A program made the position numbers and the translations under genes. Shown in pieces: positions 55,101-61,100 of a stretch of 64,000 bases of DNA (the stretch's first letter is position 1; each line of letters begins with the position of its first letter). This DNA comes from Puniceicoccaceae bacterium (GTDB lineage Bacteria; Verrucomicrobiota; Verrucomicrobiia; Opitutales; Oceanipulchritudinaceae), in the NCBI GenBank assembly GCA_040830765.1, contig JBFOMH010000005.1, positions 96,001-160,000 of the forward strand. The letters are read 5' to 3'. The notes beneath the pieces are model-generated. The model was given only the letters and a program-made list of their open reading frames with translations. It had not been told where the DNA came from and made no database searches.

Positions 55101-58100
55101 CGCCTTCGGCCTCAACAACGGCAATGCTGCCCAGGCTAGCTGGGTCGATCAAGTCAAGGATGGCCTTCAAGGTAATCGAGGAAGCATAGACTTCCACCCC
55201 ATCCCCGATGAAGGCATTAACCGTGTGCTCCAGTCGTGACAGGGCGGTCGATCCACCGACTGAACCTCCGGAAATTGTATTTTCCTCGGTATTGGCGGTC
55301 GTCTCGCCGATGGCCCGTGCCTTGATGTCGACGGTCCCGGTCGTATCGACCGAGAATCCGGATTGAATACCGGCAATTGACTTGGAGCGAGCCAGGGCTT
55401 CGGCGATGTTAATGCCAAATTCGATCAGTCCACCTGCAGTAGCCTGGACCGTGGCCGTGGCAACGTCCGTGCTCAAGGAGCTGATAAAGAGATCCGCATC
55501 CGAGGCGGTGATTCTGCTGTTCAGGAGGGCCTGCGTAGTCGCGTTGAGATCGCTCTTGGCCATACTCAAGCCAATGGCTGCGGTGCCTGTCGTGTCACCG
55601 CGGGAATCGGCGTTGGCGGTGTTGTTTGAAGTGGCGTCGATCAGGATGACTGCGTCGGCAACGACGTCACGTTCACCGCTGATCTCGGCAAGCACGGTTG
55701 CATTAGTCGAGGCCAGTGCGTCACTAAAGGTTCCACTGAAGAGCAGCCCCATGCTGCCCACCTTGAGCAGGGCGTCATTTGTGGAGTTGAGATTGGCGAT
55801 AGCCTGGATCTCTGTGGCGATAAATTTGCCAAACCCAAGGCTCTGGGCCTTCACATCGGTGTCGAGGACACTACGGATGCGGGTACCTTGGAAGGTGATA
55901 CCTCCGGATTCACCGACACCACGCCCACTGGCATCCACATCGACATCGGCATCGGCCTCGATGACAAGATTTCCTCCGGCGGTGGCAAAGACTCCGTCAC
56001 CGAGGAAGGCATGCACCTGCGAGGTGCTCTTGGCTGTGGCATCAGTATAGCCACCCGAGCCAACAAAACTCAGTTGGTTCATGTTGCCGATTGCCAGCAC
56101 AGTGCTGGTCAATCCGGCGAACAACTCGATGCCTCCGGCAGTCGTCAGGTTGGTATATTCAACTGCCCCGGCAACCGGTCCAACGGAGGCCTGGACAAGG
56201 TGATTATCCCTGGCTGAGACTTCGGCCCCTGACCCAGTGGCTAGTCCAAGGCTGACGCTATCAAGGAAGGCGGAGACATCGTTAGTGGCATTGGCATTGA
56301 TGGAGAGGATGTCAGCATTAAGGGTTACGCCCTCCCCGATGGTGGCCATCGTGCTGCCCTCGAGGTCGGCTTTTACGGTGAAGGACCCAAAGGCAGTTGC
56401 TGAGGTGCTGGAGGTATTGCTCAGGGCATGTGCATCGATGGTGCTGGTCGCATTGACGGAGACCGTTCCGGCACTGTTTATCACTACACCATCCCCAATG
56501 TTGGCAGAGACGGTCGAGGCGTTGAGGGCACGGGCTTTTGCTTCGCTTAAGTCGAAGAAGACCGAGCCTCCCTCTGCCTCGACAACTGCGCTGCTGCCAA
56601 GGCTACCGGGATCGATTAAGTCTTGAACGGCAGTAACTGAGACGGAAGCCGCAAGGACTTCCACACCTTCACCGATGAAGGCATTCACGGTCTGCTCCAG
56701 TCGTGACAGGGCTGTTGAGCCGCCGACCGAACCACCGGAAATGGTCTCCTCCTCGGTATTGGCAGTCGTCTCACCAAATCCACTCGCCTTGATAAATAGG
56801 GAGCCTGTCGTATAGACCGCGAAACCGGGTTGGATGCCAGCGATTGACTTGGAGCGTGCGAGGGCTTCGGCCGTATTGATTCCAAATTCGACCAATCCAC
56901 CTGCCGTCGCCCGGACTGTGGCTGTAGCTACGTCGGTGCTTTCAGAGACGATAAAGATATCCGCCGTGGTGGCGGTCACGCGACTGTTCAAGAGGGCCTG
57001 CGTGGTCGCATTGAGGTCGCTCTTGGCCATACTTAAGCCAACGGCTACTGTACCGGTCGTATCCCCACGGGCATCGGCATGGGCAGTATTGTTCGATCTG
57101 GCATCGATTGCGAGGAGCGCATCGGCCTTGATGTCCCGTTCCCCACTGATTTCGGCGAGGACCGTTGCATTGGTCGAGGCGATGGCCTCACTGAAGGTTC
57201 CGCTGCCAAGCAATCCCATGCTGCCGACCTTGAGCAAGGCATCGTTGCTGGAATCGAGATCGGCGATGACCTGCACTTCCGTGGCCAGGAATTCGCCATA
57301 CCCGAGGCCCTGGGCTTTCACATCTGTATCAAGGACGCCAAGGATACGGGCACCCTGGAAGCTAATGGCACCGGCCTCAGCAACACCCCGGCCACTGGCG
57401 TCTACATCGACATCGGCATCTGCCTCAATCCGGATATTGCCGCCGGCATTGGCAAAAACACCGTCGCCGAGGAAGGCATGTACTTGCGAGGTGCTGGTAG
57501 CGGTGGCATCGGTGTACCCACCGGAACCGACAAAACTCAATTGGTTCATGTTGCCGATTGCCAGTACAGTGCTGGTCATTCCGGCGAACAACTCGATGCC
57601 ACCTGCAGTTGTCAGGTTGGTATATACAACCGCCCCGGAAGCCGGTGCAACGGACGCCTGGACAAGATGATTGTCCCTGGCCGCGACTTCGGCTCCCGAC
57701 CCTGTTGCCAGACCGAGGCTGACACTGTCAAGGAAGGCGGAGACGTCGTTGGTGGCATTGGCATTGATGGACAGGATGTCAGCATCAATGGCCGCACCTT
57801 CCCCGATAGTTGCCGTGGTACTGCCGTCGAGTTCGGCTTTCACGATAAAGGATCCAAAGGCAGTGGCCGAGGTACTGGAATTATTACTCAGGGCATGCGC
57901 ATCGTTGGCACTGGTGGCGTTGATGGAAACCGTTCCGGTACTGTCAACTATCGCACCTTCACCGATGCTGGCGGAAACGGTAGCGGCATGGAGTGCACGG
58001 GCCTTCGCTTCACTCAGGTCGAAGAAGACAGCACCACCCTCAGCTTCAACAACGGCACTGCTACCCAGACTGGTCGGATCGACAAGCTCGAGGGCAGCAT

Positions 58101-61100
58101 TAATGGAAACGGAGCCGGCAACGACCTGAGTGTTATTGCCGATAAAGGCATTGACCGTCGGTTCCATCTTGGCCGTCGCTGTGGAACCACCGACGGAGCC
58201 ACCGGAAATCGTCTCCTCTTCGGTATTTGCCGTGGCCTCGCCACGTGTGTCGGCATCGATGGTCACATCACCGGTAGTGTCGATGGAGTATCCGTCCCCG
58301 ATACCGGCAAAGGACTTTGAGCGCACGAGGGACTCCGCCGTGTTGGTACCAAACTCAGCCAGCCCGCCTGCAGTAGCGCGAACCGTCGAGGTAGCGATAT
58401 TTGTACTACCGGACTCAATAAGGAGATTTGCGGTAGAATTGACCAGCTCACTATTAAACAGGGCCTGGGTGACAACGTTGAGGTCCGATTTGGCCACGCT
58501 CAATCCAATGGCGGCTATGCCCGTTGTGTCCCCGCGGGCATCTGAATTTGCGGTATTGCCCGATGACGCAAAGAGCGTGACACCAGAGAACGCAATGACC
58601 GAGGCACCGTCACCGACCTCGGCAAAGACCGTGGCATTGGAAGATGCCAGGGCGTCGCTGAAGGTACCACTGCCGAGCAGACCCATGCTGCCAACCTTGA
58701 GGAGGGCATCATTTTCGGAGAACATCCGGGCGAAAACCCGAAGCTCATTGGCAACAACCTGGCCGCCGCCTCCATATATCCGCGCCTGAACATCCGTGTC
58801 GAGGTTGCCCCGGATCCGCGTCCCGAGGAAGCTGATTGCGCCAGCCTCACTGACACCGCGGCCATCGGCATCCACATCGACATCAGCAAAGGCGTCCACC
58901 TGCACAGTTGAACCAGCTTCGGCGATGACCTTTTCCCCGATGAAAGCGTAGACCTGGGATGTACTAGTCGCAACTGAATCCGTGTAGCCGCCCGAGACCA
59001 GGAAGCTCAAGGATTCCATGTTCCCGGTTGAGTGGACAGTGCTATCCAGTTCGGCCACTAATTCGATGTTTCCGTCAAGGATTAGGTTAGTAAAGTCGAG
59101 TGCGCCGGAAACCGGGCCCGCAGACGCCTGCACTAGATGGTTGTCCGTCGCGGTGACAAATACTCCTGCGCCATTGACAAGTCCGATACTGACGCTGTCC
59201 AGCAGGGCGATAACGGTGTTGGTGGCATCTGCCCGCATGGAAAGAATGTCGCCAGTTACGGATACCCCTTCGCCGATGGTTGCGGTTGTACTGCCCTGCA
59301 TGTCGGCCTCAACCACCAACCCGCTGAACCCGGCCGCTGCGGTGGTTGCGCTGGTGCTGGAAGCGGTGGCGATGTTTGTACTGGTGGCATCGATAGTGAC
59401 CAGACCGCTTGTTTTCACATTGGAACCATCCTCGAGGCGAGCGCTGACCTGCGGGGTCTGGATGGCCCGGGCAAGGGCAATACTAAAGTCAAAGAGAGCC
59501 CCGCTCTCCACCTCCAAGGTGGCACTGCTGCCAACTGTCTTGGAATTACCGGTGGCAGAGATATCAGCTGAACCGGAGAAGACGATGGCATCCCGTGAGA
59601 CGACTGCATTGACTGACGGCCGGAGATGGGAAATGGCCGACGAACCACCACCGGAGCCAATGGCAATGGATTCCTTTTCAGTGGCGGTTATCGCGTCACC
59701 GGTGAAAAAGGCATTGAGCCTTACCTGGTCGGTAACATGAACCTGGGAACCTTCGCCAATCCGGGCATCCACGGAGGAGGTAACATCGGCCTCGGCAAGG
59801 TTGAATGTTCCGGATACGAGCCCGCTGGCAGCTGCCTTGATAGTGGAACTGGCTTCTTCAACACTGGTTGCCTCAATTATCAGGTTCAAGGCAGCCGGTG
59901 ACAGGTTGTCGCCAAGGTCACTGTCGAAAAGTGCTTCTGTTGTCGTCTGGATATCTGCCCTGGCAAATGTAGCGCCAACGGCGAGAGCACCGAGAGCATC
60001 CCCACGGGCATCGGCATCGGCACTGTTCACCGAAGGGGACCGGATAAAGACGGATCCGCTGGATGTGACGGTTGTTCCGTTGTCGATGGCGGCGTAAATG
60101 ATAGCATCCGTTGTAGCCCGCGCTTCCCCGCCATTAATCCCGGCAAACAAGGCAATGCTCCCCAGCTCAACATGGGCCATATTACTGGAGACGAGACTCG
60201 CCGTGATCTCGATATTACTTCCACTGAGCGAGCTTCCACCATTCGTATATGCACGAACAATTGTGCTGAGGGTCGAAGTGACCCGGGCGGCATTGGCCGC
60301 GAATCCAATCGATACGCCGGAGCCCGTTCCATCAGCGACGACATCCACCACGGCATCGGCAAGGATGCGCAGATCGCCACCGGTTGCCTGGGCATCCACT
60401 TGATCGCCAAGATAGGCCAGGACATTGGAATTGGACTCAGCCTCCGTATCGCTGTAGGAAGCAGCACCGCCAAGGGCAATGCCCTCGAGTTCGCCGGTTG
60501 CGGTGACCGAACTGTCCAGCTGGGCAATGACAAAGATTCCGTCGGAAGCATTGGTGGAAAGAATTGTTGCGCTGGCGGCCGGGCCGCTTCCCTCCTCCGG
60601 ACCGGCATAGCCGGCGACGAGGTGGTTGTCCGCCGCACGAACCAAGGCACCCGCTCCAGTGGCCAAGCCGAGACTGGCACTCTCCACCGTGGCAGTTGAG
60701 GTATTGTCGGCACTGCCAACAATCCGGATGCTACCAGAATCGACCTGGGAACCTTCCCCGATGCTGGCCACGGAACGGCCAAAGATATTCGACTCGACCC
60801 ACATGCCACTGAAGGTGGCAGCCGCTGCCACCGCACTGGTGTTGGAAGCTGTCGCGATGTTGGTGCTGTTGGATGAAACCCAGACTCTGCCGGTTGTCAG
60901 AATGTCCGACCCGGCTCCAATGGAAGCGGTGACAATGGGTGTCTGGTCGGCCAAGGCAACGAGCAGGCTCAGGTCGAACAAGGCCCCCGCTTCCCCTTCC
61001 ACACTGGCATCGGCACCAAGCGAAACAACTCCCTGCGAAGCGAGCAGGACAATCGAGCCGGCCTGGATTGTTGACGATTCACCAAGGGCGGCTGTAACAA